Position numbers and translations under genes: made by a program
Assembly (NCBI GenBank): GCA_964199315.1
Contig: OZ116700.1
Span: forward strand, 13,702,001 to 13,766,000
Length of the DNA stretch: 64,000 nucleotides
Direction: 5' to 3'
DNA from: Orbicella franksi
Taxonomy: Eukaryota
Part shown: positions 23,250 through 36,195 of the stretch, in pieces
Numbering within the stretch: the first letter of the stretch is position 1
How the letters are laid out: each line of letters begins with the position of its first letter
The notes under the pieces: generated by a model
The model's database searches: none
Told to the model about the DNA's origin: nothing
What the model saw: only the letters and a program-made list of their open reading frames with translations

Positions 23250-23650
23250 TGTAAGCTCTAATTGAATTTACTCCCATATGAAAAACAAAAGTGTCGAGTT
23301 AACATTTGTAACTAAAAATAGCAAACATCTCGTGGGAACAAGTGGTGACGATTCGTCAGCTCTAATTGAATTTACTACCTTGTGAAAAACAAGAGTGTCA
23401 AATTACCCATTATAACTAAAAAATAAAAATATCTCGTTATATTTGCATGCAATAAGAACAAAACAATCGTTACCTGCACTTACTATTGTAAACGTTAGAA
23501 CTGCTTCAAATCTAAATAGTCTCGTCTCCTCTAAAACATGTCCTAAGAACTAGAACCGACGATTCGTGACCTCTAATTGAATTAACTCCTTGTGAAAAAC
23601 AAAAGTATCAAGTTACCCTTTGTAATTAAAAATAAAAATATCTCGTGCCA
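23250..23650. repeat. Three ~90-bp diverged direct repeats inside the HINE
   Basis: ctctaattgaatt(t/a)act...gaaaaacaa.agt.tc.a.tta...atctcgt at ~23256, ~23358 and ~23571. Confidence 0.8.
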
Positions 23651-23956
23651 TTTGCCTACTACTCATGAACTGCTTCAAAACTCATGACTCATCTCGTTCA
23701 TAACTAGCCACCATTACACTGAAAATTATACACTCTAAAACAACCCAATGTACGTATGTAACTGTCACACTCCCCTCCAAACCGGACTAAAAATCACAAA
23801 CCGGCAACATACACGTCACTCTTTATTTTTCAATTACCAAAGTCCTTGTGTTTATACATACCTTGTGTTTCTCACGTACCATTTACCTTTACAACAAAAA
23901 ATTTGATTGGCTGTTCATAGTAGATCCAATCTGATTGGTGTGACATACATACATCT

Positions 23957-23984
23957 CTCACTCACTCACTCACTCACTCACTCA
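23957..23984. repeat. (CTCA)7 microsatellite
   Basis: Read directly from the sequence. Confidence 0.95.
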
Positions 23985-26900
23985 CCCATTGACCCGTCCA
24001 TAACATACCCGACGCGCCGACTAAGAGGTATTTTTTTACAAAAAAATAACTCAAAAAGGAGAGAGTCTCTACACTTCCACTGGAAACCTCCAAACAGTAG
24101 CAAGACCTCCGTTCTCCAATTCACCCAAGCTTTCTTTGGAATGTCTTGCTTGCCCTTCCTCCTTGGTGAAGTTATTAACCAGCATCTCAACACATGGGAA
24201 AGTCAACACCCTGAGCTGATAAAGGAAATCTGCGATGGCTTGTACGTTGATGATCTAATGACTGGTGGGGGGACTGTCCAACTCACTGCAGGAAAAAAAG
24301 TCACCACCACAAAAATATTCAAAGATGCCTCATTCACCATTCAGAAATGGCACTCAAACGCACCAGAATTGGAAGCAGACAGAGGCTTGCCGTGGGAAGA
24401 GTTAACGTACACCAAACAGCAACTTGGAGTGGCAAAACCATCGCAGGGAAGCTTCCTAGGCCTTCCGTGGGATAGAGAGCAAGATATCATCAGCGTTATT
24501 CTCCAGAACAGTCAGACTGAAACGACCAAGAGAGGTGTGCTGTCTCATCTAGTGAAGATCTACGATCCTCTAGGGCCTGCGTCGCCAGTGACACTCAACT
24601 CGCTGGGCCTTTACTGAAACATTGGAAGGAGTGGAATGCCACACTCACCAAGAACTTAACAGTCCCGCGAGCACTCTCAGCCTATCATCGACTCATTCTG
24701 AGCCTCACACTACACGCATTTGGCGACACTAGTGCAAAGGGTGTCAGTGCTGCAGTTTACGCCGTCGTCCATTAAGAACAAGGACTCTCTCAGCAACTTC
24801 ATTTGCGCAAAGTCGACTTACAAAGAAAAACCTGACAATACCAAGACCTGAATTGGTCGCAGGTCACATGGCCGTGAACCTGATAACAAATGTGCAAGCA
24901 GCCCTAAGTTCCCTACCTCACACAGCTCACTGCTGGCTTGACTCACCTGTCACGCTCTACTGGATCAAGGGTCAAGGGGAGTATTGACAATTCGTTTTCA
25001 ACAGAGTTCATAAGATCCAACAACATGAACAAGTCAAGTGGCCCCACGACCCAACTGAAGACAATCCGCCGATATGGGGAGTCAAGGGGGAAATGCGATC
25101 AACAACAACCTCTGGAAGCATGGCCCAACTTGGCTTAGTGATGCATCAAACTGGCCACCTGACATAATACTAGAACCTACTCCTGAAACCATGGCTGAAG
25201 CTAAAGTGAAATGAGAAGCTCTCTCCATCGCCATTCCTACAAGCGATGCTCTAGACCAAGTGCTTAACAGCCACCCACTACCAAGAGTCCTGCAAATTGG
25301 AGCGTGGGTGTGGCGGTTTATTCATAATTGCCGAGTGCAGTCAAGAAACTGAAAGAATGTTCCGATCACTACCGATGAAATGCAATGCCAAGAACTGTGG
25401 TGGATCAAGCAAGCTCAACAATCAACCCAGCAGCAAGCCAACTTCCAAGCGCATAAACGGCAGATAAACCTTCAGGAAAATGACCAGCAAGTTTTAGAAT
25501 GCCGAGGACACATTATGGGAGAATATCCAATTTATCTGCCAGACAACCATCCCTTTAACGCGAAGTTGGTCTTCAAAGTGCACTTATCTACCCTGCATGG
25601 AGGGGTTGGTCTCACTATGGCTAAGGTTTGCGAGAAATACTGGGTGCCCTGGCTACGACACCTAGTCAAGAAGTTGAGAGGAAGCTGTCACGGGTGCATA
25701 AGATTCCAGGCCAAAGTTTACCAAGCATCACCACCAGGAAATCTACCCACAACCAGAAGAGGGTTCAAGGCTGTTCCAAGTAATAGGAGTAGATTTTAAT
25801 GGACCAATTCGCTAGGAATCTAAACCCAAAGCCGAAAGTAAGGTGTACATGGCATTGTATGCATGCAGCCTGACAAGAGCTGTCCACCTTGACCTGTTAA
25901 AATCCTTAAGATCTGAATTTATAGTGAGCCTCAAGAGATTCGTGGCTCAAAGAGAGCAACCGGAAACTACCTATTGCGACAATGGTTCAACGTTTCAACC
26001 TGCCAAGAAGTGGTTACTGAAGGTTCAACAAGATGAAAGATTCCACAAGTTCCTATCTAATCGAGCCATCAAGTGGTGTCTTAACCTGAGTCGTGCCCCA
26101 TGGTGGGGAGGTCAATTTGAACACCTTATTGGCCTCTTCAAAAATGCATTTTACAAGACCATCGGCAACGGGACCCTCTGCTGGTCAGAGCTAGAAGAAG
26201 TCGTGCTTGATGTTGAGGTTGCTTTCAACAAGTGGCCCCTGAACTACCTTGAAGAAGACATCCAGCTTCCTGTGTTGACCCCAAACTCCATGCTGCACAT
26301 CAACTCGAGCTACATTCCCAAATTACAACCCCATCATGTGTTGGATAAGGATCTGAGAAAACGAGCCAAATTCCTTATGAAGTGTAAAGAAGAGATGTGG
26401 AAACGATCGATGGCAGAATATGTCAAAGGCCTTTGAGAAAGCCATTGTCGAGCAGGAGGAGAACAAACGCTCCATTTCAACTCCGGAGATGTTCTCATTA
26501 TACGGGATGACAACAAAAACCAGAACCATTGGAAGCTAGCAGTTGTCACCAACTTAATCAGAGGCAAAGATGGCATCATGAGAGGAGCCAAACTGAAGAC
26601 AGACAGGGACATGTTAGTCCCTTCTTGGAACTTACATGGGGGAGGGTGTCGGGTACGTATTACAAAATCGTGAAACTTGATCACTTTAATTAGAAGAGTT
26701 TGTGCAACAATTTAGGAGTTAGTCCAGATCGATATAGCTTTGAGTTAAGACACTGTGAAACCTTTGCAAACTTGTTACCATTAAAGCTTTTAGAAAATCA
26801 ACCTTGTGACTTGGCTTGGATACTGCTCCAGCAGCCGGAGAATTCCAGCAAAGCAGCTCTTACACAATTATTCTTCGGTCTTTTCTTGGCTCATGTTTGT

Positions 26901-26999
26901 AGGCCACAAAGGTCACTCAAACCCTGACCTACGCCATGTTCTTGTAACCCAGACTCCGTGCAAACTTGTTCTTTTACCATAGCAACCGCTAGTGTTTAA

Positions 27000-27870
27000 T
27001 AGTGCTAACGTGCATTACACAATCATTCTCGTTGAAACTCTCTTGTGGTTATCATGCCAAAAGTTTCCAATTACACGCGAACACGAATCAAGCTTCTTTA
27101 CAAGATCTCCACCCAGCTGAGATATTTAAATTGCTAAAAGGAGAAGGCTTACTTGTCAGTTTTGCCAGTGTAACGCGAATAATCAAAAAGCTTTGACTCA
27201 CCAGCTCCATGTCTAATCTAACACGTTTTGGAAGACCCACCAAGCTATCTGTAGAAGCAAGCACTTTTACAGATCAGCAAATGCGAAGCAATGATGAGAT
27301 GACAAGCGCTCAAATCCAGAAGAGGCTGGCAAAGTGTGGCGTTGCAGTGAGTTTGTACAGTGTGAAGATCTTGCAAGCAACAAGGCTGGACACTATAGCG
27401 GACTGCTTACTGTCACCTGATACGCGAAGCCAACAAAGTAAAGAGATTGGAGTACGCTCAGCGCATCATAAAGAGTGGCGATACTTTTTGCAACATCATT
27501 TTCAGCGACAAGTGTTCCATTTCTCTTGTGCCATATCGGCGCACCTGTTACAGGAAGGTAGACAAGCCAACGAAGCAAAAACCGAAACCAAAACATCCGC
27601 TGAAGGTTCATGTTTGGGCAGGAATTAGCAGACAGAGTCCCACAAAGATTTGTATCTTTGATGGCATCGTGGATGCTGATTTGTTCTGCAACATCCTGGA
27701 GACCATGCTCATCCCATCCATTCGAGAAAAACTTCCCGACCACCAGTTCATGCAGGATAATGACCCGAAACATACGTCAAGAGAAGCAAAGGCTTTCTTC
27801 CAAGAAAAAAATATCAACTGGTGGTGTAGCCTGCAGAGAGCCCAGATCTCAACCCAATAGAGGACTTGTA
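27000..27870 (+). pseudogene. Tc1/IS630-like transposase relic, 3'-truncated
   Basis: GRPTKL HTH linker; IIFSD(K)C; VHVWAGIS; FMQDNDPKHTS; SPDLNPIE in a shifted frame. Confidence 0.85.
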
Positions 27871-28476
27871 TGGCACACCATGTGTAGCAAAATTACTTTT
27901 CAACATATTACGACATATTACGACTCATCATGTGTCGAAAAGACATGAAACAGGTTGAAATACGTCAAAATAAGTAATGTCATATCATGTCATGTAATTC
28001 TCGAAGACGGTTGTCATGGCTATACCATGTAATGCGAAGCTCGTAATGACTTATACCATGTAATGTAAAGCAGGTAGTGACGTTCAAACCCTTGGTTACT
28101 GCCTGTTGTTAAAGACGGAAACTGTTCTCATACACAAAGCCTATTTACCCCAGTTCCGCTCAGCTCAATACAGTTCCCCCATGTTTTGATCATTTTGCTC
28201 TTTGCCTGATCTTCTCCTGGAAGTTGCTATTCAAGCTCACAGTTCGCTTGATAGGTTTATTGTTGCTGTGTATTTACATTTGGTTCTTTAGATTTATTGC
28301 TTTATTTATTCAGTGTTAACTCGTTGTTGTTGTTTGCAGCTCCATATTGATCTGTTCCTCTTGCATGTGCTTTATCATTGCTGTGCTCAGTCATTCTCTG
28401 TTCAATCCATCTTTCTTGTCTGTCTTTCCGTTCATTTTTGTTTGTAATTTTTAAGTCCCAATTGTCCAATAGAATC

Positions 28477-29650
28477 ATGTCTGGATATTCTCCTGACTTG
28501 TTTCTGGAAAATGTGGACCAGGAGTTTATTTGCAGTATCTGGTGAGTGAATGTTATTCCTGCATATTTTGCAGCAATTTATGAGTTCACTGCCAACCTGC
28601 AATGGTTTCATAGAGGTTACGGTTTGTTGTCCCATTACAGACCATGTGATATTCCCTAGAGAATTGTTCTTTTAACCATCTAAGTCATTTCTTCATATAC
28701 ACGCAGCTATTTGAAAATTTGAAAGGAAGAATTCTCAAGAGTTTCATCACATGGTCTGAAATGGGGCAACAAACCGCCCAGTCGAAAAAGTTCTATTCCT
28801 ATATATAAGTAATGCCATCAACTTTTCAATCAAAAATCGTGGAATTTTTGAGACGTATTTGTAGAATCAATTTTTAAGGCTGTGAAAGCATCAATTTTTG
28901 TGGCTACTGCCAATTTTTCTGGAATAAATTGTTAAGGCATTCCTTCTGCCATCACTGCATCACCCAGTGGCAGTCAAATCATAATCATTGTCGAGTTGAC
29001 AGGAGAGTTTCAAGTGGCACTTTAGTTAGAAATCTTGCAGTTGAAGGTGTTAGCAGGGGAGTAATCAAGTGTCTGTCGACGATCTCTCTTCCTGGTGGCT
29101 GCAACTGGACTGGGCCAACAGCTAGTCTGGAGAATCACCTTCCACATTGCGATATGAAGATTGTGGAATGCATTTTTAAAGGTAGAGGATGCATTCCTCA
29201 TTCTTACCAATGTGAACTAGCCCAGCATCTGCGAATCTGCCCTCACAGGACAGGGAAGTACCTTCCTATGGTGTGGATGTCCCACATAGTAATCAGTTAG
29301 GTCATGATGAGCTTTGTGTCGCCAAATTGGCGCAATGTCCGAACAATTGTGGGATTCAGGTGGAAAGGTAGATTTTAGTGAATTTTGTATTGTTATTGAA
29401 GTGAGCTACTGTAGATAGTCTTCATTTGCTCTTTATCTAAAATATTTGTTTCTCTCAAATCTTTTCCACTCATTTTTCTTTAGATGCAAGATGCTGTCCC
29501 ACTTGGCTTTTGTGTGTACAAAGGAAAGATGATCCTGTCCCCTCTATGCCCTAGGATGTACAGAGGTGCACGCATTAGCTGATGCAGATTCCTCAAGCCA
29601 CCTCAAGCTTCTCCTAGAAGCTCATGTTTCTGGGGCACGTGGAGTAAGTC
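28477..29650 (+). pseudogene. Spliced RING + TRAF-type zinc-finger gene remnant (TRAF/RNF151-like)
   Basis: Exon 28477-28541 MSGYSPDLFLENVDQEFICSIC with a GTGAGT donor. Exon ~28935-29367 HSFCHHCITQW...GCNWTG...HLPHC...C...HLRICPHR...CPNNCG with donor AG|GTAGA. Further degenerate exon ~29483-29620. Part of the RING is missing and frames are broken. Confidence 0.6.
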
Positions 29651-31644
29651 TTTATAGCAGTGATTTAGTAAATATCCATCAATGAACATACTAGTTAACA
29701 AGCACTTGATAATACCCGTCTTCATGTAAACCTACTACATTCAAAGCCCTGGTAAGCTGCCACTCTCAGGGAAATGGGAGGTGGGTATTTAATAGTGGTT
29801 GGTCACTTTTTACTGTCACCAGGCTACCTGCCTTGGAGTAAATCATCACCAGTGTGTGTTTGAGTGATTTTATTAGGCATTCCTTTGTCTTAAGGACTGT
29901 TATTTATATATACCTTTTTTAAAACAAACAGACATGTATTAAATTTGTTTGTAGTATTTAACTGAAAATTATTTCTCAATTAATGCAAGTTAATTAAGGG
30001 TGGCTATGTAATAAGGGATGACCAGTTAACCTGTGGCCACTTGTCAGAGGTTCCAAAAAAACAGCGGTACCCAAATTAGACAAACAGCAGTGACTAGGGA
30101 CTGGTACTTTGGTAGTAAACATTTGTACATTGCTTTTATGTGTTAAATGGCAGTATTCATTGTTCTCGTCACTTATAAGAAGCAAGGGGAATCTTCTTCC
30201 CTGAAATTGCTGCAAAGGCATGCCACAGAGACCATTTTTAGATAAAACTGGAAAAAAAATTGCTCGGGCCCCAGCTCAGTTAAATAATTGAGACACATAA
30301 AAATCTTCAGAGATTGCATTTGGAATAAGCACAGAAATACTGGCCCCAGAACTGTAGTTTCTTTTCTAGAACGGCTTAAAGTGCACGGTCACTTTTATTT
30401 GACTTGGGTTTAGCCTGCACACAAAAAAATACTGCTGTTACAAAAATGAGTATAACAATGCTGTAAAAGCGCTCAGTCATACGTACCAACAACACATTTC
30501 AAAGACACGCCTGAAACATGTAGATAAAGGAGATAGCATTGTCAACCTACAGACTTACAGACTTTGAATTTTTTCATTCTGAACTCATGTCAAACAGACG
30601 TGAATAAAGTGTGAGGAGTACAAGTGTGAGCGATGATGGTAATTGCCAGTCTTTATTTTACAATGTTTGCTTCCTTTTTGGCATGGATCACAATTCATGT
30701 ATACCAACTACGATGCCTTTTCATTGATAATTATTTGCTTAGTTAACTAATCATTTCTTCTGTGGTCATTTATAGATGCACGAGAGAGGGAACGTTTGTT
30801 GCGGCGACGCAAACGCAAGAGTAGAAGAGAAAGTAGACGAGAGCGCTTTCAAGTTCAAAGAGGTATTACATTGTAGAAAAATAAGTGTCGTTCTCGTATA
30901 TGATTTTGCAAAGTTCAAAAATTGCTGTAATTGCCCAACATCTGAAATGATTGCGGGTCATTTTCTTCGTAGAACACGAGGCAGAAAGAGAGGAAAGACG
31001 AGAAGAAGAAGAGGGATGAAGAGAGGATATAAGAATTTACAAAGGAGATTTAAGATACTGCCTGCGATTGAGAAGAGGTGAGTGTTCCTAGCTGTTGGGG
31101 CTGTCTCCCAACATTGTTGTAAAGAGAGAAAAAAAGGTTTCTTTACCATGCATGGAACAGAAAACACCATTTAATAGTTAATGAGATAATGTTAGATGTT
31201 ATCATTTTGACAGATTCTGCTAAAAATATACTGATAGCACAGTAATTACTATTTGAAGCTTCTCACTTCAATGTTTCTTTACAGGATCCTCAATTAAATT
31301 CGCAAGTTTTTTTGATAAAGTTTCTGTCATGCCTCATAAAAATACTCAGAAAATGAAAAAGGTCAACTTCAGTTTTTTTCTTTCGTAGTCAGTTTGAGAG
31401 CCAAAGTCTCCATTTAACCAATTCGGAAGTCAATTTTCCATGCATCTGTCCTGGTAATGATCATTAATTAAGGCATAACGCGTGGATCCACTATACGGCT
31501 CAGCGGATCCATGTAATTCTCCCACCAGTATTTTTGACCTATCGAATGTTAATTAAAGCAAAATCAATTGTGACTATCTCGCGTGGACACGTCTTCCCAT
31601 GCTTCGCATGTGTCATTAGTCTCTGGTATAAATCATTTATACAA

Positions 31645-31782
31645 CTCTCTCGTGTGGTATACCATGGAATATACTACTTGTCAGTTGTATTCTCTTGGTA
31701 TACACACTAGCCTAAAGGTTTGCGTATATACCGAGAAAATACAAGTGACTCTTGGGATATTCCATAGTATACTACGAGAGAG
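31645..31782. mobile_element. Small foldback MITE
   Basis: ctctctcgtgtggtataccatggaatat... inverted to ...atattccatagtatactacgagagag. Confidence 0.7.
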
Positions 31783-33599
31783 CACTGTATAACTAGTAAG
31801 ATCAGAAAAATGGGATAGAAAGTCCTCATCTACATATCCCTGTGCACAATTCTCTATGTAACATTCAAAATTTTAAAAATTAGCATTCATATATATTTAT
31901 CTTATTTCCCATAGTGCCCTGCTTTAACTGCCAAGGAATGGGCTACAAGGCAAGGGCCTGTCCCTTGGCCAGGATCAGATGAAGGAGATCACCAGCAGAT
32001 CACCCCCCAGCAACAGCAACACCACCAGCACCAGCACCAGCACCGACCATTGTCCACCACCACCATTATACAAAGCACACCCGAGTTAATTTCTCGTAAT
32101 TTCTTCTTTTACTGTCATTTTCAATACTTATTTTGTTTTTAAATCTCATTTTATCTACTGATGAGTAATAATTTTTCTGCATTTCTTTCGTCTCGTCTTT
32201 CCAATAGAAATAACTTTCCAATTTTGTTTTATTATTTAACATCACATAATTTTCGCCTATTTTTCACTGACTACTGGTATAATTATTTCTCGTTTTTTTG
32301 GTACTTTTCAATCTAAAATAATTTTCAGTGATCCCCTTCACAATTTTTTTTCTAATTTCAACTTTACAATTTTTGTGGGGTTTTTTTCAGGCATAAAATC
32401 AATTTCAATTTCAATTTTCTTTTTTCCAGTAAATAACATTTCCCATTTTCTCTATGTTTCAACAAATATTTTTTCTTTTTTTCACGAAATTTGTTTTATT
32501 TCCCAATATAGAGTTATTAGAGTAATAGAATGATAGAATATTTTCAAATGTCATCTTTTTTCCAATATACAATGATTTTACATTTGTACTTTTTTCTTAT
32601 TTACCAATGTGAAACAGTTTCTTTTTCAAGTTCCATTTTCCAATAATAAATTATTTTCCAAAAACACTGTGTTGATCATTTTTTTTAAAGATTGTAGTCT
32701 CTCTACAGTAGATTACAGAATAGGGAATAAACAACACCTATGACGGAGGCAAGTGTTTTTCAGGAGTAAAGAAACTGGAGGCAAAAGAAAACCTTATAAC
32801 ACAGGGAGCTTTTGTTCTACAAATGTGAAATGTTTCAGCAGAGTGATGAGCACCTGTTTATATAAGTGTTTTGATAAATAGATCTGCAAGTGCAAATAAA
32901 CGAGAATATTCCTAGGACAATAACAGTCATCAAGAGGCGCGACCAAAATAAGATGCCGTGAGGAACTTGACTAGTATATTTTCCTGCTCTTAAATTTCAG
33001 TTTTGAGTGGGGCTCTACTGTAACTTTACAAACGTGCGCCGATTATTTTCAATGAATTTTTTGATTCTTGACAGAGTAAACAGAGACTTTTTAACTTGCT
33101 ATTCCCTTGCCTGGAAAGTAAACATGTACGTTGTGCTTTGTCGCCTGTGGTATGGGAGTAGAGTCAACAAACATGTATGTTTTCTAATATGGCTCTCCTT
33201 ATGAACAGTTTGCCAGAGATTTTCCAGGTAACTACAGCAAATTGGTTTCTTGATTAATGGGATTATGACTGGAAAGTAAACATGTGTATTGCGCTTTGTT
33301 GCCGTCTTCCATCATTGAATTCTGGTTAAGTCTGCATGACACGAAATAACATCACCGTTGACAGGCAAACAACGAAAAACCGAAGTAAATGTATCAGGCA
33401 TTCTTTTTTCCACTTCCCCCGTTCACCAAAAAAGGAACACCTTGTTACAGGTTACCAGAACTTAACCCATACATGCAAGCTGTGACAAAGAAGAAGAAAA
33501 GTTAATTAAAGCTCGAACAGCTTTGAATTGTGGTTTCAAAACAGGAAATAATAACGTCATTGACCAGAACGTGAGTAACGCAATGCATCACTTCCTTGT

Positions 33600-34020
33600 G
33601 TCAAGTTGACTGTGGGAAAGTTTGCTACTGAGCTTTCACGATATAACACAAGTACAAGATGGCCACAAAGGATCAGGAGGGAAAGCGAGTTCTGCTCAGG
33701 GACATTCACTGGTTGAACTTCGGATAGGGGGAGGAAAAGGAAGCGGGAAAGGTGGCAATGAAGCATCACCCAGACGAAGTGTGGGTAAGATTTAGTATAA
33801 GCGAGGATGAACCTTGGAAAAAATTAAAAATCGTGCGGCCAAGGCAAACCACAACAGGGCAATCACTTCCACAGGAACTTTACCAAGGACAGGTTCTCCT
33901 AAAAACTGCCAAAGTTAGAGACTTGAAAAAAATTGCCTCACAATTTTTACCACCTCTTCAACGTACATTTTACATTCAACTAAAGGACAATGGCTCAGAG
34001 GACAAATTCTACGGACTAGG
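33600..34020 (+). pseudogene. C-terminal fragment of a probable Sola-like transposase
   Basis: VLLRDIHWLNFG...HPDEVWVRFSISEDEPWKK...KTAKVRDLKKIA..FLPP..RTFY resembles Sola transposase C-termini (from memory). Confidence 0.4.
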
Positions 34021-34364
34021 ACCCTGTAAAATAATTTTACTGTTTATTACGCGCAAGGTGTCGATCATCCAGACTTCTACAGCCTCTTGAAATGAAACGA
34101 CAGTTGCCGCAAAGTGAAAAGGGAGCTTCACAGCTATCATCACTACAGATAATTTGGGCGAACCTTTACTTATCCTTCGGGCAGGGTGAAGTTTTCAAAA
34201 GTTAGGGCAGCATTTTTCTGGGACTACTACAGTCCTCCGCCAATGTAACCCGACAATTATCCCAAATGTGGCTGGTATTTAGGAAAATGCACCTGTTCGA
34301 TAGGTCGGATTCTTATTGTTTAGCATAACGATGTCTGTCAAACGTCCTAGCTTGGATGAACTGC

Positions 34365-34755
34365 ATAGGGCTTCCCAAACAGTTACGGTTTAAAAAGTTG
34401 TTTAGCCTGCAGTTCAGTAACTCAAAATGGAAAACTTGATTTACTTTCCCAAAGGTTTCGCACTGTTCATACCTCAGCGATGTCTGCTATCCATCCTGAT
34501 TTGATGGACTTCATTTAGCTTGCCAGAAAGTAAATTTCTTGAAAAAAAAGATTGGATAAACAGCATACGGCTTGCCAAACAGTTGCGGTTTAAAAAGTTG
34601 TTTAGCTTGCTTTACAGGTAACTCAAAATCGAAAACTTGATTTACTTTCCTAAAGGTTTCGCGTCGTTCATCCATCAGCTGTGTCTGTTATCTCTCCTGA
34701 TTTGACAGACATCGTTTAGCTTGCCGGAAAGTAAATTTCTTGATAAAAAAAAGAA
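34365..34755. repeat. Tandem duplication, 200-bp period, two copies
   Basis: ccaaacagtt.cggtttaaaaagttgtttagc at 34375 and 34575; homology continues to gaaagtaaatttcttga. Confidence 0.85.
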
Positions 34756-35774
34756 ATGTAATGATAGTTACAACGATAATAACAATAACGTAACTGAACA
34801 AAACATTGATGTATCCACGTTCGCTATTTTGTCCGTAAAAAAAACATAAATTTGCTTGCAAAGCCTTGATCTATTCATTGTGTAGCAATAGAGGTAATTA
34901 GGAAGGTCATCTCGCTTAAACCACTCTTGCTGAGAACTACATCACTTAAATTTAATAAACACAAGAGCTTTGCGTAAACAAGTCCAATCAGACCTAACAA
35001 ATAAACTCTTCAATTTGTCTAGAGATATTAGTATTGAGATATTGATAACGTATTGATCGGTTCAAACTCATGTACAATATCGCCAAATTAACAAACAGCA
35101 GAAAGCTCAAACATCTACGGACCTAATTTCTTTCTTCAAAAGTAGTCAATACAAAATACCAAAAAAAAACTTACAATTTACTTGTCCTTTTCGCCTTACT
35201 CCTTCTGTGAGATCCAGTTATTTACCCGACAGCATGATAAAAACCAGCAAACACAGCGCTAAAGGCTACTTGACAAAATGGCGCCAGCAAACCAAAGTGA
35301 TCACTGTTTTCCTTCTCAGTGGGATTTTCAAAGTGATGGCCACCACAGAAAAAAATACATCTCTCTTGCTTCACTCTTTACATGGAGATCAAAATCATAA
35401 GAGCTTTTTAAACTTCTCTTAGGACCATGTATATTTCCACAGAGCATGTGTTTATTTCCACACGGCTTGTGTCCATTTCCACACGGCAGTTGCTTGTTGT
35501 GTCTTTTGTAGTGAAATATTTTTTGCATAGTTTTGGGAAAGTGATCTTTGTTTCCTTCACAGCTAGCATTGATCGAAAATCATTTTTACACTTTCTCACG
35601 ATACTTATTGCTCGTATATTCTTGAACGGAATAAAGGGACAATTATTTGGTCCCTTTTGGGAGTTCTGGTTTTGAAGTCAAAGGGAACCGAAAACGGCAG
35701 CAAAGCTTTATGGATGCGCAAAGCATACTGGGTACCCCACCTTTTTCGGCCAGCACATTTCAATGGGCGCAATT

Positions 35775-36195
35775 CCATAATCACCTGGACTTACCAGTGT
35801 GCTACAACCACTTGATGTCAGCCTCAACAAGCCATTCAAAGATAGCCTTCGTGCAAAGTGGACCACATGGATAATTGAGGGTCAGAAGACCTTCACAGCT
35901 GGTGGTAACATCAAGACAGCCCCCCTCAGTACTGTCTGCTCTTGGGTCAACAAATCATGGAAAGAGCTATCTCAAGAATTGGTTTCTTCCTCATTAAAAA
36001 AGAGCAGTATTTCAAATGCAATAGACGGAACCAAGGACGAAAAACGACAAGGAAGAAGAGCTGCCTGCAGTTGAAAGCAATGAAAATGAAGAAATGGAGG
36101 ACAAGTGTGACATTTACGACGACAAATTAAAAGAGGACCAGTGGCATGACATGTTTGGAGAGAGTGATGAGGAAAAAGAATTTGAGGGCTTTTAG
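35775..36195 (+). pseudogene. pogo/Tigger (DDE_1) transposase C-terminal fragment
   Basis: LTSVLQPLDVSLNKPFKD...W...SW...KKSSISNAIDGT followed by an acidic tail. Confidence 0.8.

Larger units (their letters stand above)
22028..24052 (-). mobile_element. Non-autonomous Helentron (HINE/DINE-1-like) inserted in the BEL RT
   Basis: Perfect 15-bp subTIRs GAGTTATTTTTTTGT 22050-64 / ACAAAAAAATAACTC 24038-52; terminal hairpin GCACGC-AAG-GCGTGC 22033-47; short IR GAGGTATTTTTTT at 24025; (CTCA)7; inserted in an A/T run; BEL reading FLQVCIK|RRESLHFHW resumes across it. Confidence 0.85.
19671..26630 (+). pseudogene. BEL/Pao gag-pol remnants (gag, knuckles, protease, RT, RNase H, integrase, C-terminal domain)
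   Basis: LTYLHELL...GYNRAL; CFNC...H...C; LLDIG; GDLKKAFLQ; YVDDL; CDNGSTF; APWWGGQFE. Many stops and frameshifts. Confidence 0.9.
19348..26851 (+). mobile_element. Decayed BEL/Pao LTR retrotransposon with a nested insertion
   Basis: LTRs 19348-19560 and 26647-26851 (about 10 substitutions plus a short indel); PBS-like TGGCGACC at 19564; PPT GGGGGAGGG before 26647; imperfect TSD (c/a)GCAG. Confidence 0.9.
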
